64,000 bases of DNA from Eledone cirrhosa (GCA_964016885.1 OZ024741.1:66712001-66776000), one strand, 5' to 3'. Counted from the stretch's first letter, positions 28,975 through 46,153 are shown. Notes: generated by a model from the letters alone, not told the origin. Program-made: numbers and translations.

Positions 28975-29117
28975 ATAGAGGTGTAACACACGAGTTGTGA
29001 TATATTGGTAAAAGGAAAAGAAAATGCTGACAAATTGTTCCCAGTGAAAAATAGTTTAATTAGGAATAAGTAATAATTAGTAATAAGTATTGGTTAGTAT
29101 TCAGTTTTGGTTTTAAG

Positions 29118-29154
29118 TTTTTACCGGTTGCGCATTTCCAATGCTTTTCAAAAA
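29118..29154 (-). ncRNA. Hammerhead relic, U3-A8 variant with GAAA>GCAA
   Basis: TTT-TTGAAAA-GCATT(GGA)AATGC-GCAA-CCGG-TA-AAAA. Confidence 0.55.
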
Positions 29155-29346
29155 TAATTTTGAGATAGAGCGCACGTGATGTTTGCTCTAATCTGATCAG
29201 TTTTGGAAATTCTACCTGTTTTATGTGAAAAAAGTGGCTCTAGAGGTATTAAAATAAGTTTCGCGCCAATTCGTGTTGCAAAAATTCTTGTGGTCAAAAC
29301 AATTTTGAATGTGGGAACAATTTGTCAGCATTTTCTTTTCCCCTTA

Positions 29347-29402
<56 letters not shown>

Positions 29403-29438
29403 TATATATGTATATAAATAAATATATATATATATATT

Positions 29439-29469
<31 letters not shown>

Positions 29470-29712
29470 AGCGAAAGGCAAACGGAACTAACAAAGCAAA
29501 TAATACAGCATAATGAAGATATGTGTTAGTTTAACGCTCGTATAGTAAGAAAAGTGTCTTTAACGTGTCAGAGACTAGTCCTTCGTCAGAAGATTCAATG
29601 AGAAAGATAAAAACAATTGAAAAGAGATATAGTGTGAGAAAATGAAGAAACATAAAAAATGTTTTTGTAGAAAAAGCACGTATGTATTCAATCAGCCAAT
29701 ATATATGTACAC

Positions 29713-29743
<31 letters not shown>

Positions 29744-29790
29744 TGTATGTATGTATGTATGTATGTATGTATGTATGTATGTATGTATGT

Positions 29791-30399
29791 GTCAGGTCAC
29801 CAGTTGGTGCTACTGGTAACATGTATCCCAGTACAACGTGTGTCATGGTCGGGTCGTTGGCGACTAAACTGGCAACCTCACCAAGGTTTCTTGGTGAGAA
29901 GGGTGACTTTGGACATCCTGCAGGACTAAAAACAAAACCTGTCAAAGAGCAAAGGAGCTCTTAAGATTCAATGGCCATCCAAAATCACCGGGAGAGATGA
30001 CCCCTTAGCCTATGTCTAGGCAGAATTCTAGGAGAAGGAAAACTCTGATATGACACCTGCAACCCTGATGGTATTCAATGATGTTGACGTGTTCTTCTTT
30101 TTGGTAAATATCATCTTGGTTAAGAGAGTGGGACTGGCTTTGTGCAGTGCCTTTGCTCACTATAAAGCTTCACGGCACAGGCATTGCTTTATATCTGGAG
30201 ATATCTCTGCACTTGTCGTCACATGGTACCATGGGGCCAGCACTATGTGTCAATAATTGTCACAAGTGTAGTGTTTGTACCAGAGTTTTCAAGTCGCTGG
30301 CTGGACTGAAAGGTCACACTCATTCAGCGCATCGGTAGGGGTTCTCCTACATGGATATAAAGTAGTGGCCGTACTCGAAAACGAGTTGGCAGCCACCAT
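29791..30399 (+). mobile_element. Non-autonomous RTE-derived element (5' UTR-like part plus 3' C2H2 end)
   Basis: CTAGGAGAAGGAAAACTCTGAT motif and [18 protein letters not shown]; near-identical truncated copy at 2378-2780. Confidence 0.65.
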
Positions 30400-30538
30400 G
30401 TATGTGTATCTCTTTCTCTTAATTTCGAGTATATTTTTTTGACCGGCTATCTTCCTGGTGGCAAGGTTGTATGTATAGTATGTATGTATGTATGTATGTA
30501 TGTATGTATGTATGTATGTATGTATGTATGTATGTATG

Positions 30539-30602
<64 letters not shown>

Positions 30603-30752
30603 GTAAGTATGTTTTGAAACAATGAGCAGGTTTGAAATTAGAAAATAGAATAGCTTTCATCGAACTTTTGACTAAAGGAAATTTAGCCTGATAATGTACG
30701 TCAATACTCATCTTTTTCCATTTATCTGAGGGTTCTAAACCCCATTATCAGG

Positions 30753-30833
<81 letters not shown>

Positions 30834-30929
30834 CACGGGTGTGTATGATTGTGTATAGAAGATTATATTAATAAGAGGAATTCGAACTTTGTCTGATTTA
30901 CTCGTTTTATTTACAATCCTTTAAAATGT

Positions 30930-31203
30930 ATAATGGTATTATAATGAAATAGTATGATAGAATATTAAATTCTAAGTGTTAATTGAACAAGTGCTCTCAT
31001 GCTTTCGCAATCTTCAGGTTCATAATATGTGGTGACAGTCAAGTTTGCAATTTTCAACTGTGGAATTTTCACAGTTGAAAATTGCAAACTTGACTGTCAC
31101 CACATATTATGAACCTGAAGATTGCGAAAGCATGAAAGTACTTGTTCAATTAACACTTAGAATTTAATATTCTATCATACTATTTCATTATAATACCATT
31201 ATA
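30930..31203. repeat. Near-perfect palindrome of about 270 bp
   Basis: Axis at about 31064. Confidence 0.92.
31110..31148 (+). ncRNA. Minimal hammerhead (mutated mirror copy at 30984-31022 on -)
   Basis: TGAAC-CTGAAGA-TTGC(GAAA)GCAT-GAAA-GTAC-TT-GTTCA; palindrome AGTACT. Confidence 0.72.
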
Positions 31204-32064
31204 AATATCTATATATATATATGTATATATATATATATTGTTGACTGTAGCGGTCAATCGGTGATTTCCAAACAAAATTTAATCGTTACAAGCAAAAATC
31301 CTTGCCAGTATCATGCATCGTAAACATTCGTACATCATCTATTATATATTTATATTAACTAGCAGAAAACCACCCTTCGTGTGGTTTTCTGCTAGCATGT
31401 GTAGTGTGTATATTGATATTATACGCAAGTATATATACATGTAGATATGATACATCAAATAAAATCGTAATTGACAATATAAACAGAAATTGAACGAAGA
31501 CGTTGTTACATTGTAACCAGTAACGTAATCAGTAACGTAATCCATGATACATTAAAAAATACGATATTATATATATACTGCATTAGGAGAAAATTACGAC
31601 AGAAAATTAGTATGTTTATTTAAGCGATCGCCACCGGAAGTGTTGACATCACACACTCTCTCTTTCTATATATATATGGTAGTTGAAGTGGTGGTGGTGG
31701 CAACGATATACCGGAAGTGCAACTTTGAAAAGAAGTCCATTTTAAATTATTTATTTTTACGAAATTATTATTGTTTACGAAATTTAGTAGATAAATTATG
31801 TAATATTCATTCATTAGTTATTCAAAGTAATCCAACTTATTTTACTAACGGGATAAAAAAAAAAAAAACCGTACGCAGTCCCGCAGACCTTCCTTTATTA
31901 TGGTTTAGATTATTTGCAAATGTGAGAATCTATAATGCAGAAAATAACTGCAATAACAGTCGATCAATATATATAGTATTTGAGAAATTTAGAGACCGAA
32001 AAAAACTCTGTGCACTTTTTTCCGTCACTAACAGCAATCTGCCCAATTTTCTCAACTATTATTA

Positions 32065-32217
32065 GACACTATGCTTTGTACCATAGAGTTATGGTTCTTT
32101 ACGATCTACTATCTAAGTTCAAATCCCACCGAGGTTAACTTTGCCTTTCATCCTTATGGGGCACCAGTAATGCACTGGGGTAATTGCTGGCTTTGTGCCA
32201 AAAGTAGAAACAATTAT
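32065..32217 (+). mobile_element. SINE, same family (partial)
   Basis: B-box, core and tail match. Confidence 0.7.
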
Positions 32218-32549
32218 CTATAGTAAACGATTGTTATTACAGTTATACTCTGTGTTTAGGACTCTCATATTTTCAAATTTACAATACTCCCAACTCTTCG
32301 ATCATTTATAAGGTTTATTTCTATTAATTAGTTTTATGTTTCGTAAGTATGAGTTATTCTCACAGGAAGATCATTACAAGAAGTCAATGTCCGATGTAAA
32401 TTGGAAAGTTAATGACGTGTTAAAATGATGACAAGAAACAATTAAGGTTAGAAGTAGAAAACATAAAGAAAAAGTAAAGGAAAAAGAATATAATAGAATA
32501 TAAGAGAAGAAAAATGAAGCCAAGTTTCGATCACGACAGAAGACGAATA

Positions 32550-34939
<2,390 letters not shown>

Positions 34940-35620
34940 ATACAAGTTAATATAAATTAATATATGATAAACACTTACGTGTTTTTATTGTAATTGACAA
35001 TAAAATAGCTAGAATGAAATATCTTAATTCAAATACATATAGTCTGCCTGTATCGATCTAAAAAATAATAAATCAATACTCACAAACACATATCGGCAAA
35101 AGGCCTTGGTACCTAGACTAGTTTAAATTTCAAAATTCAAACTTTTTCCACAGATCAGTCCGAACTTCAAAATGTAAACATGTTTCACAAAGGATGGTAT
35201 AATAGTGAAATAATTAATTAATTAATAGTGAAATAATTAATTTTCTGTGTTTATCAATAGGTACCCAGAGAAATTAAGTTACTTCACCTCGGAAAATATC
35301 TAAGGTCTGGTTAACGTAGCGAAAATACACGAGGTTTTGCACACGAATTATTCCAGCCCTCTAGCCTCCCATACTCATGGTGCTAGAAATAACAGCTGTT
35401 TATATGGGATTACAAATTCAGCTCGACCTAGGGAGCAGTAATATAATAATTTAGAGTTTACACTCAAGGAGTCATTTACAATTATTTTAGCTCTAAGAAA
35501 GAAGCATTTCTGAGCAGTACAATACAAGTTAATATAAATTAATATATGATAAACACTTACGTGTTTTTATTGTAATTGACAATAAAATAGCTAGAATGAA
35601 ATATCTTAATTATATATTAT

Positions 35621-35656
<36 letters not shown>

Positions 35657-35908
35657 ACGAAGGAAGTATGGTAAGGAACCAAGTGGAAAGTGGACCATAA
35701 CGCACCAGAGTACTCAATACTTAAGTTAGTAGAGTGGGTAATAGGAAAATGTTCAAGACCCCACCGGCAGAGCTCAAGCCGTTTCGACGGCTTCAGAAAT
35801 AGCCGTCGAAACGGCTATTTCTGGAGCCGTCGAAACGGCTTGAGCTCTGCCGTCGGGGTCTTGAACATCTTCCTATATATATATAACATTTTTCATTACC
35901 ACTAAAAG

Positions 35909-35993
35909 GGTCTGACGAGCTGCGGTTTACAGAATCAGGCTAGATCGATACAGATAGAACCATGAGCGAATCAGTGGCGAAACGCGCGTCACC
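35909..35993 (+). ncRNA. Hammerhead with extended stem II
   Basis: GGT-CTGACGA-GCTGC...GTGGC-GAAA-CGCGCG-TC-ACC; GUC site; palindrome ACGCGCGT. Confidence 0.72.
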
Positions 35994-36143
35994 AACCAAT
36001 AAGCGTAATGAAGGAGTAACTCGTCCTTGTTTTATTTTATTATACTGCACTCTGTCTAGCTCTACACCTCGATACAGAAGAGAACCTAAACATCGAGTGC
36101 TCACCCGGGTGAACCTACAGTAACTCCGCGTTACACTCCCTGG

Positions 36144-36193
<50 letters not shown>

Positions 36194-36491
36194 GTATATA
36201 CAGATATACTACAGACATTGTGCAGTCATTTATTTATGTGCATTCATTTATTTATTTACTTAATGATTCGAGACAAACTGCATTATGTTTCAATATTATC
36301 GATCTTATGCAACTGTGATAGGATCAATAATATCGAAACATACCGCAGTTAGTCACGAATCATTAAATTAATGAATAAATATTTATTCTCTTCGATTTTT
36401 ACGCCTTGAGTCTATTATTTAGAAGTGTGTATACTAGTGTTACATAAACTTTAATATACCGTAAGAACAGAACGGCTCATATATACGTGCA

Positions 36492-36580
<89 letters not shown>

Positions 36581-36628
36581 GTATAAATTCGCATATATAT
36601 ATAATATATATAAATACATGCATGTATG

Positions 36629-36676
<48 letters not shown>

Positions 36677-36683
36677 ATATATA

Positions 36684-36722
<39 letters not shown>

Positions 36723-36763
36723 CGCGTCTATATGTATATATATATATATAAATATATATGTAG

Positions 36764-36836
<73 letters not shown>

Positions 36837-37204
36837 TATATTATTCATATGCTAAATTTTGTTTTAATCGATACATATAAAATATATACCCATTGTGGTT
36901 GTCAATAAAAAAGCTCAATGAACATTAGTTCAAAACATCTAATTTTACAAGTTTAAACGATATATTTCAACAAAATAACTTAAAATATAACCTATATATA
37001 TGTGCATATTGATAATATCGATATATATACTTTTATGTATCGTTTAACCTTGTATAAATGACGGCCTACAGAACATCCTATACCGTATACCCCCCTAATA
37101 ACAGTTTTCCAAAAGATGGTGAAATGAATAGACCGGCTTTTTGTTTTGTTTTTGCTCCTGCTCCCCACTCTCTGCTATCTTTCTACGTTAATTTCTCATT
37201 TTAT

Positions 37205-37239
37205 TTTCTGATGAAGGACTAGTGTCCGAAACGTTAAGA
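37205..37239 (+). ncRNA. Minimal hammerhead (decayed relatives at 14258-14293 on + and 29557-29593 on -)
   Basis: CTGATGA-A-GGAC(TAGT)GTCC-GAAACGTTA. Confidence 0.7.
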
Positions 37240-37627
37240 CTGTTCCTACTATATTAAGCCTGAAATTGATATATATCTTAATTAAACTTCATAGTCTGTT
37301 GAGTTGTTTTTCCGTTTACTTTTCACACAGACACACGCCCCGCCCCACACGCGTATATATATGTATATGTTTTTTTCATACATTAAACATGCTTATTTAA
37401 GAATTATTTATTTCAGAGAAATCATGATTTATTTTTTATGACTAAGGCATTTACAATGTAAAATTTATAATTGAAATTTGAGCTAGTCTCGATATAAAGG
37501 TAAAAATGAAAACGAAAATGATAGTGTAATATAACTGCAAGAGGACAAATGTTTACATGAAAGTGGGTAGGCTTAAACATATCACATGAAACAAAAACTC
37601 ACACATACTACTTCTCTCTCTCCCCCC

Positions 37628-37679
<52 letters not shown>

Positions 37680-37714
37680 TCTCTCTCTCACACATACACA
37701 CACACATATATGAA

Positions 37715-37922
37715 TTTGTATCTACTTTGGCACGCGGCCAGCAATTTTGAGGGAAGGGGAAAGTCGATTAAACCGACTCTTGTGTATTATATCGGTACGT
37801 TATTTTATTGACCCCGTAGGGATGAAAGGCAAAGCTATCCTCAGCGGGATTTGAACTGAGAACGGAAAGGGCTGTAACTACATGCCACAAAACATATCTT
37901 ATGATTCTGCCAATACACATCC
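37715..37922 (-). mobile_element. SINE, same family (diverged)
   Basis: GGATGAAAGGCAAAG and GGGATTTGAACT on the + strand. Confidence 0.7.
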
Positions 37923-38648
37923 CACGTGTGTATATGTATATTAGTAGTTAAAATACAATGTCTGTATAGTGTTAATGATATAAAAATTAACAAAAGAATA
38001 AGGAAATTAACACAAAGCACAATGAAAACTAATAAAACCACACAAATTCCTCTCATCAGCTATCTTTTGGATGTCTTTGCGATTCAAGTACGGCATACAC
38101 GATAGAATTGCAAGTTCTCTGTTTTATATTGTCTTTTTCTTTCATGTATTGTGTATCACAGTCGACAGATATTGAAAACGTTTGTATGCGTTGCTGTTAT
38201 ATACATATTAGTCTGTTTTACTACATCGTTCCTTAATAACGATTTTTATAATTAACTATTGGTACCAGTGGTGTTAGTAAGTCTGTCGTTCAGGCATTAA
38301 ACGCAAATGATCTCCAAACAATAGCTGAAGAGTTTATGTATGTTGTTATTCATTTTCGTAGTGCTCTGTGTTAATTTTCTTTAAATCTCTCCCTTTTGTG
38401 CAATTGTTTTTCCATATTTGTATCACCATCGCCCAGCACACGGCCCTATAAAAGCTACGGGCTAGCAGTACTGTTAGTAGGGGTCGAAACTGCACAAGTC
38501 CATCTCAACGGCCGAGAACATGGAGTTCTGTGTCTTTCGTTTGTATTTTTATTTTTGTTAATGTTTAAGGTTTCCCCTTAAAAAACAATGTTTAAAAGAT
38601 TCCCCTTAAAAATTGTTTTTTCGTTTTATTTTGTTTCCGTTCTAATCT

Positions 38649-38748
<100 letters not shown>

Positions 38749-39324
38749 CGAGAATCGCATTTCGGTTAGTGGAAATTAGCGAAAAACAACTTCGGAAATG
38801 TGTGGCAAGCGCACGATAGATACGAGTGAACTAGAGCAATAAATATACATTAAAAAGGCCATACACACTGAGACGATGGTTAAACCATTAACTGCAAAGC
38901 TAAAAAGCGAGCAAGCTATTCGGGTCAAACAAATAATAAGATATGATTGAAAAATTTACCCAAACCTCCTCGGAAATGGTGGTAAAATCCCGTATACGGT
39001 TTCTGCAACCCCTAAATCAAGTACTGTCTGCTTAAACAAATAATGCTAAGCTTTTGTTATGATGATCGAACAAGGATGTCGCTTTTTCAACAGGTATTTT
39101 GTTCTGTGCCAAGCTACGGGTCTCGCCGTTATCTGAACGCACGTGCGGACTCAAAAGGGAAAGAACCCCTAGTTTTGGCGGATGAATTCAGTATGTGTGG
39201 TTATTGCAAAATTGCAAAATATCACAAAACTAATTAAGCTCTCGACAGAATAGTTTTAAAGATAAACATAAACTATTAATCAGTCAATAACTAAAAAACT
39301 CAAAAAAATTAACTGGTTAATAGC

Positions 39325-40336
39325 TAGACTCTGGCTCAGACTCAGACTCAGAAGCTCCCGCGTCTTGCGACGCAATCATAGTGTTCCACCGCGTTCAGTC
39401 AGCAGCCAGTTGCACAGCGTCCCGCCATTGTCTGTTTGTCGCTCGCAGGTCCCTCTCAACTGTCTGGCGCCATTTCATTTTGGGTCGCCCTCTGCGTCTG
39501 CTTCCCTGTGGGTTCCATTTAAGTACTTGGTTCGCCAGTCTCTCCGGGGGAAGTCTCAAAGCGTGCCCAAACCAGCCCAGCCCTCGCTTGCTGATGGAAG
39601 AAGAGACTAGCTGCTGGTTGGTGCGGTTCCTGACTTCCTGGTTTGTTACATGGTCACTCCATTTAATCCCCAGGATCTTTCGCAGACACCTGGAATCGAA
39701 TGCGTCCAACTTCTTCTCTTGGCTGGTCTTAAGGTGCCATGTTTCACTTCCGTACAAGAGTATGGACAGCACGTTGCTGTTGTAGAATCTCATCTTTATT
39801 TTGAGGGTGAACTTACTGCTCTTCCAGATCTTGACAAGCTGGTTAAATGCTGCTGAAGCCTTTCCCATTCTACATTGCAATTCACTGTCCATGGTGCCTC
39901 CACTGTCAATGGAGCTTCCTAGGTAGGTGAAGTTGTCCACTATCTCCACCTCCCCCTGTTCAATGAAAACACTAGTTGGTGATGGGTGTGTCCCAGATAA
40001 CATGCTTTTGGTCTTCTTAGCACTGATATTGAGACCTAAGCTTCCTGCTTCGACATTGATATTGTTCATAATGATTTTCTAGGTCAGCTGTGCTCTCTGC
40101 AAGTGCAAAAATATCGTCCGCAAAGTCCAGGTCAGACAACTTTTGCTCTCCCACCCAAGATATACCCTGGTCTTTAGACGCTCTTCTCAGTACCCAGTCA
40201 ATGGCTATGGCAAAGAGAATTGGAGAGAGCGAGCAACCCTGACGCACACCAGTAACCACCTCAAACCAGTCACTGTAACCATCCTCTATCCGTATGCAGC
40301 ACTTGGAGTTTGCGTAAATTTGTTGACTCTGGAGAT
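39325..40336 (-). mobile_element. 5'-truncated RTE-group LINE (RT and C-terminus)
   Basis: GVRQGCSLSP, DLDFADD, FTYLGS, LLYGSETW, WFGHALR, RRRGRP; (CTGAGT)n tail. Confidence 0.9.
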
Positions 40337-41299
40337 TAATACATATATAAATTAGCGAGAATCGCATTTCGACTAGTGGAAATTAGCGAAAAACAACTTC
40401 CGAATTGTGTGGCAAGCGCTCGATAGATACGAGTGTATTAGAGCAATAAATATACATACATATATATATATATAATATAATAATATATATATATATATAT
40501 GTATACACCTACAATCTGTGTGTTTTGACGGTAAATGTTCCAGTCTGCTCATAAAGTTAATATGTGACTGAACGTTTCATAGACACGTGTACTCACAAAC
40601 TAATTCTCAGGGAAATTCATCGCAACACAGAGAATGAGAAAATCGGCTCTTTGAAGTAAAGGTACTGTTCATCCGATGGGCTTCCCAATTCCACCTACAA
40701 TGTAAAAGTCGACCCAGGGATTTGGTAAATAGAAGTTCCCCAAGATGCCACATAGTAGGACCGAACGTGAGACCTAGAAATTTCAAAGCGAGCTTCTTTC
40801 CCATTCAGTCACAGTGTATCTCAGTCGAAAGACTTGGATACTGATAGAGATGTGCTTATAAGAACAAAATTAATTGATTAATCAAATGTATTAATTAATA
40901 AATTAATTAATTGTTAGCTGGAAGAGATTAACGGAAGAAATTGCCTATAAACATATTATAGTTTAATAAATATTGTTTCTTTTCTCAGTTCATTATTCAG
41001 TCATTTATTCGTAGAAACGTTGAAATTACAACTATAAATGAAAATTACATCACCATACATGATATTCGTATTGATTATTTTAAAAATCTAATAAGAGTTT
41101 AAAGAATGTAAGTTGAAATTAATTTAATAATTCAATGTTCAGTTGTTAAAAGAAGAAAGTTGATAATTCGATAAAGAATGTATTGTCATTCTCGATAAAT
41201 CCTTGTATATCCTTCCATAGTTAAGGTTGATGACAGTAAATCAATGAGACCCGTATCACCAAAATTTAGGGGGGGGGGTTGGAGCACACACACACGCAC

Positions 41300-41372
<73 letters not shown>

Positions 41373-41503
41373 CTTTCTCCCTCCATCTCTATCACACATA
41401 CAAACACACACACTCACAGTCTCCTCTCTCTCTTCCCCTTCTCCCCCTCTCTCTCTCACACACACACAAATACACACACTCTCCCTTCTCTCTTTCTTCT
41501 CCG

Positions 41504-41573
<70 letters not shown>

Positions 41574-41621
41574 TAATTGTGAACTATATTCCAAATTTAT
41601 TCAGTCTTAACAACAATATAT

Positions 41622-42038
41622 GATTTCTCATTTCAGCACAAAGCCAACAATTTATGGGAGGAGAATATCGACCCCAGTAGTTAACTGGTACACTATTTTA
41701 TCGATATCGGAAGGATGAAAGACTAAGTTGACTTTGGTAGAATTTGAACTCAGAACATTAAGAGCCGCAACAGATATCACAAAACATTTGTGCGATGCTC
41801 CACCAACTCTGCCATCCACCGAGCTCTTAACACCAATTATATTATTGTTTCTACATTTATCACAATGCCAGCAATTTGATGGGAAGGGGAAAGTCGATTA
41901 AATCAACCCTGGTGTGTTACTGGTACTATATTTTATCCACCACGTAAGGATGGATAATCTCAGTGGGATATGAACTCAGAACTATAAACCGCAAGGCATG
42001 TTGTCCGACGCTCTACCGATACTCTCGATCCACCGCCA
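41622..42038 (-). mobile_element. Two tandem diverged SINE copies
   Basis: Reverse-complement match to the SINE family. Confidence 0.7.
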
Positions 42039-42339
42039 TTAACACCAATTATATAATGAAATAGAATGCGTATTAAATCGACGGATAAAGACTTTAAGTA
42101 AGGTTTAACGATGTATTTAGTTTGGAATTTCTACGATGAGTATTCTTGTAGTTCAATAAATGGAACGGCCATCTTGTGAAACTAACCTGGAAATGGCTAG
42201 TCATTCCAGAGACACCTTCAACATAATTCAGGGGGACATTCAGTGTAAAAGAGTGTGTGATAAAGTTCGCGTTTTGAATTACAGATACAGTTCATGCAAT
42301 GTATTTATAATTTCCGTCTCTCCAATTTCACTCACAAAT

Positions 42340-42650
42340 TAAGAACCTTTACAATGTGGAAGAGAGGCTTTCTCTCAGCCTTACAGAATCCCTTCCCGCT
42401 GGCTCCTGTGATGCCTGGCCCTTCTGGTCCTGCCTGAATTGCCTTCGAACTACTGTTAGTCGCTGTAGAGCCAACCTTCAGAAAGGGGGATATGCCACTG
42501 ATGATTATTCCAACTGCCAATGCGGGCAATTACAAACTATGGAGCACCTTCTACAAGATCATGCATACTTAACACCTTGAAACCTTAACACCCCAGGCAA
42601 GGCTCCGTGTGCAACACTGGATATGTGTGATGTAGCGACTCGATAAGAAG
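42340..42650 (+). mobile_element. Ingi/Vingi-like LINE 3' end
   Basis: WSCLNCLRTTVSRCRANLQKGGY...CQCGQLQTMEHLL, followed by a CGATAAGAAGA tail. Confidence 0.65.
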
Positions 42651-43429
42651 ACTCACAGGGTTTTGTCGACTCGGAGCTGTCGTAAATGACACTTATCAAG
42701 ATGTCACACAATGGACTCGAACTTGGGAACAAGTGAATGCAAATCAAACTTCTTAAACATTCGGCCAAGCTGCATACATAGTGATTTATTTATTTTGCTG
42801 GTAATGAGCATGACGAAAAATTCATCGACTCTGTGTTTGGCATTACAATTTATTGACGATGCATTGGATCAGGATGTAATTACCTCGCCATATATTAGCA
42901 ATCGATGAAATTACAGGCAATGCATTTACTATGGAGAAATTAACCAGGTTGATGGATTTATGCAGGCGTACACCCGACTTAGCGCAAATAAGGATAGAAA
43001 AAGACTTCATTGGTTGAATTATGTGATCTAACCTCGGTTAAACACTGCTGTGTCGCTAACCGTTTTTTATGCGCATGCGTTGTACACTTTGCTTCACCTT
43101 TATGAGGGAGGAAAATCCCACAAACAGAATTTAAAACAGGATGTTGCATGCTAAAATAAAGATATCAATCTATGAATCTAATCTGCACATCTTCCCCCAT
43201 TTTCTCTTGTACATATTAAATGACATATATTGACAATAAAAGCTTATGGTTAGTTACACCAGCTGAACGGTTGAAGATAATACTGTTGATGATAAATGGT
43301 AATTAATATAATAATGGTTTCTTTATTTGATTATTAATATAATAATGATAATAATATTATTATGAACTGCATAAAATTAGATATACTCTTTGTGTGCGTT
43401 TTCGTCATTATTCTTTATCTCACCCTCTC

Positions 43430-43465
<36 letters not shown>

Positions 43466-44425
43466 ACCCACACACATACACACACATACACATACACGAA
43501 CACACACACACACACGCACACAGACACGCACACAGACATACATACACACGCATAGATACACACACACATATATATCAGGATAGAACCAGTTTTAAACTAG
43601 GTAAACCATTATTTAACAGAGTACTCAATACTTGGGATAGTATGACTATATTATAAAGAGTCGGAGCCCTACGGCTGACCCCTTGCCGTTTCAACAGTTA
43701 GTTCCAGACTGTTAGCCAAAAGGTAGATAGATAAGTAAAGTAAAGACGGTACAATCGGTGTGCCGAACAAACAGTAATATTTTGTTGTGTATTGGTTGTT
43801 ATAAGAGAAGAGCATAGTTAAGATAGTAGAACAAGATACCAGATTTTTGAAATGAAGGAATAATCTCTGGCGATTGATGGACGCCAATTCACAACGACAC
43901 AATCTTTATAAGAGAAAACCATATTGATAATATATTTAAAACTTGTATGATGTACATCATTCAATTATATCTGTCTCTAATTTAAACTATGCTATAATAA
44001 TCAGGTTAAAATTTACTACGCTGCAATTATTCATGTGTATACTGTATGTTTTGGTTCAAGCGATAAACACATTTTTATATAATCTGTTATTTAAGTTGAC
44101 TTAATTATTGATGAAATTGAGAAAAGCAAATGATGTTATATTTAAGAAAAGAAAAACGAGCTGTTTGTATAAGACTAAAGGCAAATAAATAAACAATAAA
44201 TAACACATAAATATATTCACAATGAATAAAAAAGAAATCATCAACATCATCATCAACAACATTATCATCATCATCATCATTATCATCAACATCATCATCA
44301 TCATCCTTATAATCATCATCATCATTTTCATCCTCATCACCATCATTATTATCATCATCATAAATCCTCCTCCTCCTCCTCCCCCCTCCGCCTCCTCCTC
44401 CTCCTCCTCCTCCTCCTCCTCCTCC

Positions 44426-44470
<45 letters not shown>

Positions 44471-45046
44471 CCATCATTTTTATTTCACAACATGGGCAAA
44501 TCGGACAAAATACGTTGCAAAATCTTAGTTACATGAATTGTGAATAAATTTTCTGAGTTCAAATCCGCCAGATTCGTATGTGCTTGCTTTTGGTGTCGAT
44601 AAAATAATGTACCTCAGTCTATCAGTCAATTAAGGTGACAATAAGTATGTGTGTTAATGTTCAAAACTGTTAAATTGATGCAATTTCTTAGCATTTCCTT
44701 TACAATACAAATGTCCTTTTGAAAGAATCATTGCTACTACATCATATTTCTTCTGAAACTCACACCAACTAATATACATCAATAGACTTCGGCTTGTACT
44801 CTAAATCTTACAGAAAACAATTGTTTCATATTGTTTTTCTAATCGATATTTCCTTGATGGAAAAGTCTTTTTGATCTTCATTGGGCACTGAAATACGTAA
44901 TATAGGATCAATGAAATATTCCGTGTTAAGAACTAAAGGGAGGAAGTAAACGACGAAAGATCAAACGAGAACGGTACAGGGTATATATACACACACACAT
45001 GTATACATGTATACATGTATATCCACTATATATATATATATATATC

Positions 45047-45083
<37 letters not shown>

Positions 45084-45178
45084 ATACATGCATACATTCA
45101 CACACACACACAGACACATATATATATATATATATATACACATATGTATATATATGCATATGTATATATATACAAACG

Positions 45179-45246
<68 letters not shown>

Positions 45247-45276
45247 CTATACACATATATAAATACACGCAGACAT

Positions 45277-45312
<36 letters not shown>

Positions 45313-45559
45313 ACCCACACAGAGAGAAATGGGAAGAGCCAGAGATCATCAGGAAAACAACAACAGGACATGTAGAAAGAAAGAAACGAAGGAAAAGAGG
45401 AGAAGGGTTCTATGAAGACAAGAATAGATGGTTTGATTGAAGAGGAATCTGGATTGAATTTCTCTTAAAAAGAAAAAGACGTTAAGAGTATATGAAATGC
45501 ATGTGTCGTTGGAAACAAGCTGAAAGGTTTCACAAAATTATAGATTTGTTGTGCCAAGT

Positions 45560-45623
<64 letters not shown>

Positions 45624-45878
45624 CGCTCCCACATAGAACATTCATATATATAAATACATACATACATATATATCAATACATACATATATATATATAGGTT
45701 TTTATCTCTCTCTCTCTCTATATATATATTTATTTAGGTTTGTTGGTTCCCCACTGGATAGAATTGGTCATTCCGTATGGTCAATCTTGATGTAATATTA
45801 TGGAGAGTACTCAACGTAGTGCAGTTCACCCGTCTTTGTTTGTGTAGTTGGTGGTGCTAGTACGGAGTTAATTATTAT

Positions 45879-46058
45879 TGGCAGTATCGGTAGAGGGTCG
45901 GACGCCATGCTTTCCAGCATAGTTACGTCCCTTTACGATCTGAGTTCAAATCCCGCCGAAGTTGACTTTGCCTTTCATCCTTACGGGGTCGATAAAATAA
46001 AGTACCAGCAATGCACTGGGTAATTGCTGGCCTTGTGCCTAAAGTAGAAACAATTATT
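45879..46058 (+). mobile_element. SINE, same family
   Basis: Full match. Confidence 0.8.
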
Positions 46059-46153
46059 ATAAATAAAATAAAAATAAAATAGTTGGCCAGTCGTCCTCTC
46101 TGTCTTTGATTTTCGGACCCATGGATTTTATATATTCCTTTGTTACATTTCGA

